Of a stretch of 64,000 bases of DNA, positions 22,011-34,440 are shown piece by piece. The notes under the pieces were generated by a model, which saw only the letters and a list, made by a program, of their open reading frames with translations, was not told the origin of the DNA and ran no database searches. The stretch comes from Callorhinchus milii (lineage: Eukaryota). The DNA lies in contig NW_024704743.1 of NCBI RefSeq assembly GCF_018977255.1, forward strand, positions 7,194,001 to 7,258,000. The letters are read 5' to 3'. The first letter of the stretch is position 1; each line of letters opens with the position of its first letter. The position numbers were made by a program, and so were the translations under genes.

Positions 22011-24747
22011 CTAAAACCAACACCCAATATCTATGATCTATGTTTGAATCACCACCAGATGAATTCAAGTTTGCAGAAGAAAAAGTTACAAGAGAATGCT
22101 AATGCACTAAATCTATCATTCTCTCTGGTACTTTAACTACTGTAATGTTATTGTAGCCTAAAGCAGTGCATGGTTTCGAAAGGAGTGTCTAGGGGCCAAA
22201 AAAGGGACATGTATTTTTTCGAAAAATAGAATGTTATCTTTTTAAAATGTATCTTGTTGTCGTCTTGACAAAGTTTCTACTTTTTCTTAACGTTATATAG
22301 TTATTTTTTGTGGAGAGCACTTTTTAATTTATTTTATTTGTTTCAGTTTATATTAAATGTACTCATTAGAGTGTATCTCGGAAAACCCTGATGCTTCTGT
22401 TGTTTCTTCCCCCCCTCAATTTTCTCCTCTCTTCTGGATGATTCTGGATGATGTGCAAGAGGACATCCCGCTGTTGAACTCATAGACTATGCTGACACTC
22501 CAATGTAACGCTCGGGGAAAGACACAGAACAAGTTGTATTGTATTGTATCCTGACAGTGGATCAACCTGCCAGTGATCACTTTGGTACATCTTATACTGA
22601 TAGATCCCTGTCCAGGCTGACATATGAGGTGCTGAAGGTCACGAGGGGAACTGTGCCATCCTTCAGATAAGGCGTTAAACAAAAGTTCTATCTGTCTGGT
22701 CATGTGGACGTTAAAGATCCCACGGCACTATTTAGAAATAACAGCTTGCATTTATACATCCCTTTACACAGGATATTGCTGTGTGCTAATTGGCTGCTGC
22801 ATTCAGGGACCTTTGGAAGTGCTTTAAGATATTATGGGTGTTCTATCAAATGCAAGGATTATTATTGTAGATAGGTTGATGGAACTTGGACTTGGGTTTC
22901 AATACAGGTGGGTTCACTCAGGCCTTCACACTTTTGAGGCTCTTAAAATGAGTACCATCTCTGAAGAATATTCTCCTGGCAGAGGGGGCTGAAGTAAGTG
23001 GGGTGGAACATGCTATGAAGGAACTCATCTGGAAAAAACAGATAGGTCCAGATTAAAGCAAAACCAATTTATCAATCTCATCAATGAGGTTTAGAGGTGT
23101 ACTCATGTCCTGTGACAATGAAGCTTCCAAGTTGGATTTGGTTTATGCTAAACTTGTTGGTCAATACAAGGTGCAGTGAGAGTGCTCAGTATCCCTGGGC
23201 TAAGAAGGATTCATGCTCCTGATCACTAGTGACCCCTCCTGGGTGTGAATGTCAGGTAGTTGAGGCCAGAATACTGGATGTAGCTTGATGCTGTAATGGG
23301 AGCACAATAGGTGGGTGTTTTGGTAAAATAATATCAAATGGACTGAAAGACTTTCTTCATTCAAACTTTGCGAATGTGTGAAAAAACCCATTCATCTCAG
23401 TTATCCTCCCGACGTGAAAGACAGAAAATAAGTGTAAGTCGTATTGCATTGTATCTTGACAGTGGATCAACATGCTAGTGCTCAATGTGGTGTATCTCAC
23501 ACTGATAAATCTCCATCCAGGCTGACATGTGGGGTGCTGAAGGTCACCTTGCAACCATGGAACCATGCTTCAGAATGAGACAGCACCTTTAAGAGACAGC
23601 ACCTTTACGAGAGAAGGTGGGATAACAAAAGTATTGAAAACAATTCCAGGCAATGCCATTTAATCCCATTCACATTAGAGAAAGCTTGCATTTTATACAA
23701 CACCTATAACATCAAAATGTCTCAAAGTGCTCACTGACAAGTAATTACTGTCAAATGTAGTGACACAGAACTTATTTTATGCCCAGTAAGGTCTCATAAA
23801 CAGCCACGTGATAAATGATCAATTAATCTGGAAGATCGTTGGCCAGGACAATCGTATAGTGTCATAGGATCTTTCTCATGAACAGGCAGACCGTTCTGTT
23901 TTACATGCCTCTGGTAAATTATATAGATAAAACTTTTACATAGATAAGGTACAGACAGTTAGTTCACTTGTGTTAGCAATGGTGTCTGCAGCAGTGCTTG
24001 GAGCTATTCTAGGCTACTGTATGCTGTTAGTAACCTGGATTTCACACTTATGAGTTATGCACCCACCCAGAGCCCTGTTTCTCTCCTGTGGCGGTATCTC
24101 TGTTTAGTAGCAATCTACCTGTCAATTTCGCATCAGTTTCAAATGGTCAGTGAGCCTAATATCCTCAGGCTGGTTGAGAAGCATGACAAGAATAAATTGA
24201 TCACCCAATATTTACGATTAACAATTTTAAAAGAGAAACTCGGGGTGAAACCATTGCAGAATTTTAACTGGGAGTTTTATCCCTTACTGGGAATTATGTA
24301 TTATGAAACAACCAGAAAGAAAAGGCACTCCAACTATAAAATGGTGATGTACATTTTTCACCATCTTCAGATCACGCATGAAGACCTTCCATGTCTATGG
24401 TCACCTCCCCACTCTGAGCAGTACAGCATCAGGTTCCAGCACTGGCACTACCCCATTTGAAGAGTGCTATATAATGCAAGTTGCTGTTGTTACTTTCTTT
24501 AATATTCCTTTTTGGCCTTTTAAGGGTGTGAGACTGGTTCAGTTGGTAGCACTCTTGCCTAAGAGTCAAAGGATTGTGAATTCAAGCCCTACACTGGGAC
24601 TTTGAACTCGCAGTCTAGACTCTAGATTATTACTCCAATACAGGAGTGGGCTGTGATGTATTGTGGGAAGTATCATCCTTCAGTTGAGATGTTAAACCAA
24701 GGTTCCATCTGCCTGTTGAGGTGGACATTAAAGATCCCATTTATTTT

Positions 24748-25180
24748 GTGCCAGTCAGGTATCTGACCGATGCGGAAACCCATCACCATGTTTAAGTGTA
24801 TATGACACAATGCATGCCACCTATACATTGAAGTTCCCATCTTTGGAAAGGAATGCATACTTTCTCCATACAAGGGATGCACCCTGGTCACCCAATTCCA
24901 GTATTAAGTGTCGGTTAGCAAGAGCCAAGTCTTGGGGACCCCAGAGCATTGGGTTACCACTGGAGTTTAACCAGCTCAAACTGCATAGCTTATCTTTTGA
25001 AAGTACACTTCTAAATCCTACCGATGAGAGAATCTAGCTGAGCTCCCATCAGCAGTGTCCTGGACATCTGCAGACTACCTGGGTCGGAAACCCGGCTACC
25101 AAGCCCGCACAGAGGATTGACGCGATTCCAACTTTCCACTGCCAAGTCAGTTTAGCTCCAAGGAGACCTCCCTTACCTCC
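24748..25180 (-). mobile_element. Unassigned repeat family C plus upstream module D
   Basis: C motifs 24748-24990 followed by ccgatgag...ctgcagactacc...cacagaggattg...agctccaaggagacct, same order as 52772-53345. Confidence 0.65.
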
Positions 25181-25544
25181 TCTTCCCTCCCCAAGGAGGC
25201 ATATCCCATGGCACTACTCAAAAAGAGAAGAGATTCTCTTGTTATCCTGACTGATAAAATTTGTGAGACCTTGCTATGTGAATTGATGTGCTTTTGAGAC
25301 ATCTCCTGATGTGAAAGGCACTGTATTAATGTGAGTTGTATTGTAATGTATATTACTATACACAAGTTGCTGGGTTTACCTACAAAATTTGCAGTTACTA
25401 CATTTTACAGCAAATCCTGTGAAGCACTTAGAGACATTCTCCCAACACGAAGACCCTATATCAAACGCAAGATTATTATTTATTACTAGCTGTATCCGTT
25501 GCAGCTATGCTTACAACCAAAGGATCCAATATGGAATGTGGATT

Positions 25545-25695
25545 TCAGCTTTATTATACTTTATATTATGTTATTATACTTTGTATTATATTATCATACC
25601 TTGTACTATATTCTTATATTATTTTATATTATGTTATACTTTATATTATATTTTATATTATTATGCTATATATTAGATTATTCTACTTTATATAA
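25545..25695. repeat. Degenerate (TATTA)n low-complexity tract
   Basis: Direct observation; a single N follows at 25716. Confidence 0.9.
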
Positions 25696-26264
25696 CGATA
25701 GACGATCCCAAAAAANTTCCCATGGTTTTCTCTGTTACTACTTTGATGCAGAATATATTATTACAGGTGTATCTCACTGGAATGGTGTGATTTCCTCTGT
25801 CGCTACTTTGTTGCATACGAACCTCATTTCTGGGGGTTTAATTCAAGCATTTTTTAAATATAACTCATCAATATTCCTACTGATCCTGTTCTGACTGCTA
25901 GATCTCAGCAATTGGGTGCTACAGTTGACAGAAACAACAACAGCTTGCATATGTATAGAGCCCCTAAAGCAGGATAGCGTCCTAGAGTGCTTGACCTCAG
26001 TATTCTCTGGGATAGAGAAAGGAACATTTAGGGAACTCCTAATTGCTACTCAGCAATCCAAACTGGAAAGTGTTCAAGTGTGGACATCGAATGAGGTCAG
26101 TATTGGATTTCCTTACGATGACCCCTGCTCCTCCCCAAAGTCGAATGCCTGCTGACGTTTACAATGCAGAATAACGTGAAAAATGACTGTTTATTTGAAG
26201 GGATGAATAATAAACAATGCCTGAACATAAATTACGGCCTTCAACAACAGCAAAATCAATAATC

Positions 26265-26490
26265 TACATGCGTATAGCGCCTTTCATGTCGGGAGGGTGT
26301 CCCAAGGTTCTGGATCTGGACCCGAGCTGGGGATTGGGATCAGGAGGGGTGGAGGGCAAGGAGAGGTGGAGGGCAGGGAGGGTGGGGGTAGGAGCGTGAC
26401 CAAAGGTGCGGTCGAAGAGAAGGGTCTTGAGATGGACCTTGAAGGAGGCAAGGGAGGGAGCGAGGCAAAGGGACAGTTAAATGGAGTTCC
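26265..26490 (-). mobile_element. L2 LINE 3' end
   Basis: tatagcgcctttcatgtcggga...ggtcgaagagaagggtcttgag. Confidence 0.85.
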
Positions 26491-27969
26491 AAAAATTTTC
26501 TGATGGAGTTCCTTCAGGAAGGAATGGAACAAATCAGAGCAACAACGTTTATATATATTTTAAAATACTGTTTTACTGAGAAATAGGGCGGGGCTGTTAA
26601 TACTGGTATGGCCTGAAGTGAAACTTTAAATTAGCATTCCTTGCTACATATGGAAACAGAATTGTCGTCTATCTCGTAATACCAAACATATTGTTTCCTA
26701 AGTTATTTCCAGCAGTTCCCTGTACCATCTTTAACTGTAACATGTCCTGACTTAGAAAACTGTAACGAAAATCTGTTCCTTGTTTGAGAATAAAGAGAGA
26801 AACTACTGCAGAGACCCTAAGTGCTTCCATGTGTTTGTGCGTCTTTGCTAGCTTTTTGCTGTGTCCTGCTGCTTCTCCCTGTGGCTAAATAGACTATAAA
26901 AAGCTGAATGGACAAGACTTAACAAGGTGCATGAGGAGAAACATAATCCAAGGTTTTTTTTTATCATTTGACTCCTTTCTCTACAGTCAGTTTGTAGAGC
27001 TTTCAGATGTTTCTGACAGTAGGGTTCATGGGTTTAAGAGGTTTAGGTGTATGAAGGGGAGGAATGCAGACACAACAGGAGGATGAATTAATAGATTGAA
27101 TTAAGAGGGAGCCATATTTTTCCCTCCCATTATCCTATGGCCACTGACCCTTAGAGTCACACAACCCCCTCCAGCAGTGTGTGATCAGCAGTCTGGCCAC
27201 TGTCGTTGGTAAAAGTGACAAGCTTGCCCTGCAGCTGTGATGTGAACAGCACAAGTTAGTGAAGGTCAGTGTTTGCTCCCCAAGGATGGAGCACCTTGTT
27301 ACCAAATAACGCCCCACCGAACAGCAGTGATTGACAACACCAACTTAACCAGCGCACATGGGTTTAAGTGATGTGTCTCTTGAACCCATCTGGGACTCAT
27401 GCTGGCAATTTTCTGATCAGGTGATTGACCGACCAGCCGAAAAGAACCTATTTCCTTCAAACTTTACCCCCTTTTCTCCCCACAAAAGAATAATTTAGAC
27501 TTCCACCCCCACCTGAAGACTTAGTGAGTTAGGGTACAAAGACAAGCAGATCAAAAGATTGCAGGTTGGAAATCCAATCTGTGCACAGACAGATGCATTT
27601 AGGGCAATGATAGGTGAGTCTCTCCAGGTCTGGAGAGTGTACAATCAGCATAGCCCAGCCTCCTGCTTCTGTGCTACAACCTTGGCCAGAAACACATGTG
27701 GACATTGGATGTGCACAAGATTGGGTTTGGCTGTGATGCCCTTGACAGATGAATAACTTGTCATCATTCAGTGCTTAGCCTTACAATGTGAAGAACGGTA
27801 ATTTGGCTTGAACTGCTGGAAAGCTTATGATGTCTACAGAAGAGGAGGGGAGAAAATTGATCAAGATTCTGAGAGATGATTGATACAACAACATCTTGCA
27901 TTTATATAAATTCATGCAGGCCGGGATCTCGGAGTGCCTCACGGTGGTGGGGTTGGATGCCAAGCAAAT

Positions 27970-28478
27970 GGAACCCCCGTAGTGTGGTGGTTAGTGCGCT
28001 CGCCTCACAAGCGAGAGGACCCGGTTTGATTCCCGAGCGGGGCAAAATCTTAGGCAAGTTTCCTTACTCCACATGCCTCTGCTTACCTAGCAGTGAATAG
28101 GAATCTGGATATTAGTGGATTGGCAGATCACAGTAATAATCCCTTCAATAAATAAATAAATAAAATAATAATTTGGTCACTCATTCCACAACTGTTTGTG
28201 GGACACTGCTGTGTGCAATTGGCTGCAGCGTTTTGCCCACAAAATACACAGTCACTCCATTTTACAATATATTCCGTGAAGCGCTTTGAGACACTTTGAC
28301 GACATGATAAGGCGCTATATCAATTGCAAGGATTATTATATTATATCATGTTTTGCCCACAAATATACAGTCAATTCATTTTGCAGTATATTCTGTGAAG
28401 CGCTTTGAGATGTCTAGAAGACGTGAAAAGCACTACATCAAATGCAAGGATTATTATTATTATTATATTATTATTATA
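27970..28478 (+). mobile_element. tRNA-headed SINE type 2, full length, with tandemly repeated 3' end
   Basis: Head ggaacccccgtagtgtggtggttag...ggtttgattccc; the 3' segment ttttgcccacaaa...gcaaggattatt occurs twice (28231-28340, 28351-28475). Confidence 0.9.
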
Positions 28479-28897
28479 AGCTATGGGAAGGGTTACCATG
28501 GGCGTGGTGGAATGGAATTTAAAGACAATTAAAGAGGGGGCGAGGCAGAGGGATTGAGGCAGGAAATTCCAGAGATTGATGGCTCGATCACTGATGTAGG
28601 TGCAGAGGGGTAGGGGAACACACAGCTTGCGTGTGTTAGCTGAGTGAAGGGGGTGAGCAGAGTGCAGTGTGCACAAACAGTCATATATAATGACCTCAAA
28701 TCTGGGCCAATAGAAAAGTGGAGAAATATTTGCCAAAAGTAGCGGGGCGTTTGGCAAATTTTGTGGAACATTGTGGGCCGCTGTTGAGAGATGCATTTTG
28801 TTAAACAATCCAGATTAAAATTATAGGCATATATTTCCTGAACATGTATTTATGTTTAAAATACTAAAAACGTTAATTTGAATAGTACAGCACTTAC

Positions 28898-29425
28898 CAA
28901 GAATTGGTCACAGGAGCTCAGTTTAGGCAGGTCACCAGGCAAAGCCGATTTCCCGCTCCGTGATCCCAACACTCCCCACACTGCGCATGTGCGACCAGAT
29001 CTGCTCCCCCTCACGGTAGCAGCTTCAAGCAAACAGCACAAAGGCCCGGGGACTATCACACTGTGTGTACAGGTTTGTAGCAGGGCTTGGCACCCTGGGT
29101 ACAGGTTTGTGTACAGAAGAAGAGGGTGTTTGTAGCGGATTCCATGGGAAAAGTGCAGCTGCACATTTCTATTGGCCCAGCTTCAAATGTTTATTCCTTC
29201 GGCTAACGATTGAGGAAATTGACACCAGAAACATATTTGACTTGCTCGTTGGATCAACTGATTGGGCCATCTCACTGGGTACGTCACTGTATCACGCTAA
29301 AATTATAGAACTAGTTTGCTCGCATGAAAGTAGATATGATTGAAAATAATGAAATGTCCTTCGTAAGTCAATCTCACGACCAAGTGAGAAAACAGAGCCG
29401 AAACAAACATAGGGTTACGTAACTT
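28898..29425 (-). promoter_or_regulatory. Candidate promoter with non-coding first exon
   Basis: Donor TTG|GTAAGT at 28898/28897, NRF1-like TGCGCATGTGCG 28982-28993, CCAAT boxes 29171 and 29261, TGACGTA 29280-29286, GTTACGTAAC 29414-29423, locally raised CpG. Confidence 0.45.
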
Positions 29426-29639
29426 CACAAATACTATTACACACGAACAGACGGAATCAATACTAAACAGATCACATGTAAGGTGATATTTTGTAGCTGG
29501 CCCAGTTGCTAGTACTAAGCCAAAAGTTTGTGAGTTCAAGCCATGGATTTTGAGCTCATTGTCTCGGCTGTACTCCAGTGTAATGCTGGGGAAGCATATT
29601 ATTGTTGGAAGGTCCAGTCATCATCACCCTTACATCTTG

Positions 29640-30160
29640 TATCAGGAGATTGCTGTAGAACGCTTCACAGGAATACTGTAACGTTTTCTGGGGGAATGCG
29701 GCACAAACAGCCATGAAGTGAATGACCAATTTTATTTGGGGGATTGTCATCCCTGACACTGGGAGAAACTCTCTTGTCTTTTTGAATAGTGCCATGGGAT
29801 CTTCAACAACAACAACAAGATTACATTTGTATAGCACCCTTCACGTCGGTAGGACATCCCAAGGTGCTGGACAGAGTACAGCATTTCAGACCCGAGTTGG
29901 GGTTGGGGGGGAAGGGAGGGGAAGGGGTGGCTGATGGCATGGTCGAAGAGGAGGGGCTTGAGGCGGGACTTGAAGGAGGCTAACGTCCACTTGGACGGGT
30001 AAATGAGACCACGGTTTAAAGTCTTATCTAAAGGATGACACCTCCAACACCCCAGCACTGGCACTGCATCAGCTTAGACTATATGGGTTCCAAGTTTGGA
30101 TGTGGGGGTTGAACGCATAACTTTTTGCCTCAACACCAGAGTACTACCAACTGAGCCAGA
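29640..30160 (-). mobile_element. DeuSINE interrupted by nested L2 3' fragment (29805-29980)
   Basis: SINE motif gggatctt|taacgtccac split by caacaacaac...gaaggaggc. Confidence 0.8.
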
Positions 30161-31394
30161 CCTTTGGATGAGACATTAATCCAAAGTCCCGTCTGTCTGT
30201 TCAAGCGAACATTAAAGATTCCATATTACTGCTCAAAACAGAAAGGATTTTTCCCAGTGTCCCGGCTAACAGATAGAATTGGTCATCTATCTCTGTTGGT
30301 GATCCTGTAGTGGGACGTGGCATGTTAATATTCATGTATTTGTTTTGTTTCCTTCTGCAGGAACGATTCACCTCTCAGACCTGCTGTACTCCTCCTGGCT
30401 GAAGGAGATCACATTGGGTGACTGATGGGGTGGATAAATAGGAGGAAAAGCGGTCGTATTGGGATAAACCCTTCTAATCAATGTTGGATCTCAGCTCAGC
30501 CTTCATTTAATGTAACAGTGATCCACGCCCTGGCTCCAGCCGTTATTGTATCTCCATATATTAAAAATTTCATCAAAAATCTGAGCGTTTTCTGAAGTCA
30601 TTTCATTACAATCTTGTCTTTTTTTAAGTTGAACTTTATGATTATGCTGCAGGAAAATAAAACATCATACAGTTCTGTTGCAAGGCCTCAATAAAACTGC
30701 TGCCACATCTGTCACAGCCTGGATTCCTCTGCACTTCAAACTCCAAGTCGTGTAATTCATTTTAATGTCCCCCAACTCGTATTTAATATTTGGAAGAGAA
30801 ATAAAAGTTCCTTATGGTGCCAAAAAAAAGAAAGTCATTTTAATTTGAAATAAGAGTGCATACATTGAGGAATATTAGTGGAAGAAAAAAGGAAGAAGAA
30901 AAAAAAAGAATATAACCCTTGGTGTCGGTTGAAGCTAAGTCCATATTAGCAATTAAAAGGAAACTGAGAAAATAAGTGAGTAAAATATTATTAAAGGGTA
31001 CAGAGAAAGACGAAGAGAATGGGATTAGAGTAGAGAGCTTCATTCCAGCACAGACAAGATGGGCCAAATGACCTTCTCCTGTGCTGAAACCACTCTTGGA
31101 CCATGCAAATGGTCTGAAAGAACCTTACAACTACATCCAGCAGAGCCACAGTTCAATAGCGAGCAAAACGTAATATAAGCTACTTGCTTTTGATATCCCT
31201 ATGCTTCATTTAGTATTTAAAAGGAATTAATTTCTGAATCTAGCATCCAAATCCCAATTGGTTCCAAAAGCTGTCTTGCTTCATCTACTGTAATTCCCTG
31301 AGTTTGGCCAGAGAAACCACAATCATCATCTCCCATAGATTCACATCACAGCACCCGCACATAACATTTGTGTGTGGCTCTATACACCAAAACA

Positions 31395-31770
31395 TGTGGA
31401 ATCCTGTAGTGTATTGTTTAGAGCACTCGCCTCGCAAGCGAGTGGACGGACCCGGGTTCGATTCCAGGGCGGGGCAAAACCTTAAGTAAGTAGGAACCAG
31501 ATTGCTAGGAAGTAGAAATCGATTGGCAGATCGTTTTTCGGGGGTAATAATCCCTTCAAAAGATTTTTTTTTAAAAAATAATAATTTAGTCACTCAATCC
31601 ACAACTATTTGTGGGGCACTGTTGTGCGCAATTGACTGCCGTGTTTCTCCCATCCCAGAAAATATAGAGTCAATTCAACTTCACAGTATATTCTGTGAAG
31701 CACTTTGAGATGTCTCAACGACGTGATAAGGCGCTATATCAAATGCAAGCATTATAATAATTATTATTAT
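31395..31770 (+). mobile_element. tRNA-headed SINE type 2
   Basis: tagagcactcgcctcgcaagcgag...gggttcgattcc head, Deu 3' domain, tail. Confidence 0.85.
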
Positions 31771-31899
31771 TTAAAGTGTCTACTGGCCTGGATCTTCTAT
31801 TGAATATGAAATAATTGAATATGGATATTTGGATTCTTATCTAATTCATATATTTTGACGTACGTTTTTTAACACTAGTGCATTGTAGAGAGAGAAAAA

Positions 31900-32950
31900 C
31901 AAATCAAAAACACAAGCAACTAAGCTGTAAATTACTGCATGTGTACAAGGTCAAACGTGCCATTAAATCAAAGGAATCATTGTTACATGTTACGGAGAGG
32001 TGTCCAAAACTCACGGGGTGAACATATTTTAAAAACCTCCTTTCAACAGTACTTAAAAATAAAACAACTTTGTGGATTATTCCAGGGACTTTTATTGTAC
32101 ATGTTCTACCAAACCTAGATGAGAAGTAATGTTTCCAGCATTTCCGTCATCTGCTTTGACTAAAGTTTATTGGCAGTGTGAGATCTTAAAGTGAGACAAG
32201 TGCAAAAGGATGCTGTGTGGTTGCTTGTTACTGATGATAGCTGATGTCAGACTACAAAGGGATAGTGCCTCCTCAGAAAACAGCAGTTCTCTCTGTTGGT
32301 AAATGCAAAATGAAGAGCCCAGTGTGAACTTTAATAAGAGAAAACAACTATCTAAAAAAGGGTTAATAATATTGCAAAGCAAAGCCAGATGTAGTCATAC
32401 ATATCTGCCCAGAGGCAGGAACAGACTCCTGCTTCTCCCTTCCCCAGTACAGCTGCCCCGCTTATTACACTGGACAAAAATGACAGTCAGACAAAGGCAG
32501 AAAGTGCACTTTGGTGAAAAAAAAGTAATTACATGTTTCACATTAACTTCTCACGTTAGCTTCACACAGAGTAGCGAGGTAAAGTCTTTTCAGTGATGTG
32601 TCATTTAGCTTAATCAAACCGCCAGAGAGAGAGGAGCTGCCTGTGATATCGGCTTATAAATGCAACCCCATGCATCGGTCTCAAGCTGTTTCACTAGTTG
32701 CTGCTATTCGGCAGCTTGTTACTGAAGTTTTAATTATAAGCTTTGCTTCTGAAATGTATGTCTGATCACAGAGTCTGACATTTGAGTGCTGTTTAATCTC
32801 CTGATGCAGTCATGTCTGTCCACAAACTGTCTTTTAAGCTACCGCCAGCTGTTTAGTATAGAAGGTGTGTTCTGCAGAACAAAACAGGACAGACTCTTCT
32901 GTATCACTGTACATGTGTACTTCCAGCACACTGACGCTATTGTTAGTCCA
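31900..32950. promoter_or_regulatory. Candidate long conserved non-coding block
   Basis: About 1 kb free of the otherwise dense repeats; multiple TAAT, TGACA/TGTCA and E-box motifs. Confidence 0.45.
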
Positions 32951-33179
32951 CTCACACTCAAGCACTTGCATTTTTAAAAAAAATTAAATTGACACATTGC
33001 TATTTGGTAAGAGTTCGATAGAATTGGGATTTTCAAAATAATTCTGTTCTAAACAATCAAGAACATGCCACAAAATATGAGGCCTCTTTTGCTATCAGAT
33101 CATTTCGGTTTAACATTTCCTCTCCTGTTGAAGGCAATAACTTCTGCTGGGTACAATTCCACAAGCTTTAGGACTTTCC

Positions 33180-33940
33180 AACTAGTCGATTAGCGGATCG
33201 TTTTCTGGGAGTGATAATCCCTTCAAAATACTTTTTTTAAAAAATAATAATTTGGTCACTCGATCCACGAATGACTGTGGGACATTGCTGTGCGCAATTG
33301 GCTGCTGGGTTTAGCCCACAAAATGCAGTCAATTCACTTTACAGTATATCCTGTGAAGCGCTTTGAGACGCCTCGAAGACTTGATAAGGAGCTACATCAA
33401 ATGCAAGGATTTTTTTATTATTTATCCCCGTGTGTACCTAGACAGGAGCATCTGAGCCAAACCCAATCCTCTCTTTATCTGGCATACACACAAACTACTT
33501 TCTACCATGGATCACTAGATAGTGATTAAGCACTGAAGTTCTGACTTTTTTTTGTCCCTAGCCTTGGGACATAGAGACCAATTGCCGTGCCCACCACCCC
33601 CACCCTGACCAATCTGCTTGAGATCAGCAAACTCAGTGCTGATCAGAGATCAAACTTGGACCTTCCTGAGCTGCGTGGCTTGATACCACACCATGTTTCC
33701 TTACTCCACACGTCTCCGTTTATCTAGCAGTAAGTAGGAACCCGGGTGTTAGTCGATTGGTGAATTGCTTTTCCTGGGGTGATAATCTCTCCAAAAAAAA
33801 AAATGTTGTCACTCAATCCACCACTGTTTGTGGGACAATTGACTGCCGCGTTTTGCCCACAACTCAGTCAATTCACTTTGCAATATATTCTGTGAACGTG
33901 ATAAGGAGCTATATCAAGTGCAAGGATTATTCTTATTAGC
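33180..33940. mobile_element. SINE cluster: type 2 (+), family B (-, 33490-33695), type 2 (+)
   Basis: Body and tail motifs as in other copies. Confidence 0.75.
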
Positions 33941-34039
33941 ACATGGTGCATTTACTTATTGAACCCTAACAGTTTTTTTTTACAAATTCAAAATCTATAG
34001 GAAAGATATGAAACTGACATTTTCCAATGAATGATATAT

Positions 34040-34440
34040 CAACAACAATTTGTACTTACATAGCGCCTTTCACATAGGGTAGCGGCTCAGAGCACTTAAC
34101 ATGACACAACCTGATGCTGAGCTTGGGGAAGGTGACTGTAAGTATGATTGAAGAGGAAGGTCTTCAGATGTGATCTGAGAATGGGGAAAGAGGAGGCAAG
34201 GTGAAGGGATCGAGGGAGAGAGCTCCAAAGTTTGGGGGCGTAGTAGCTGAAAGCACAGTGGTGGGTAATACTCAAAAATGAGGTAAGCAGGGTATGTTCC
34301 ACTGGGGAGAGAGTGGGAGAATGGTATTCCATTCCAGTCACAGGAATTTCCGTGTATAGAACTCTCAGTTTGGTATGGATACTCTTAAGCATCATGATGG
34401 GTTTCCACATGTGTCTGATATCCAGCTGACCAAAAAAAAA
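34040..34440. mobile_element. L2 3' end (-, 34040-34265) abutting family C fragment (+, 34265-34440)
   Basis: AFSYYAPKLWSSLP...LKTFLFNH translation; ggatactcttaagc...cagctgaccaaaaaaaaa. Confidence 0.8.

Noticed and set aside
24050..24460. 136-aa ORF
   Set aside because: No homology or splice support; runs into an L2 tail; region looks non-coding.
25389..25894. Tyr/Ile/Leu-rich ORFs
   Set aside because: Low-complexity (TATTA)n tract.
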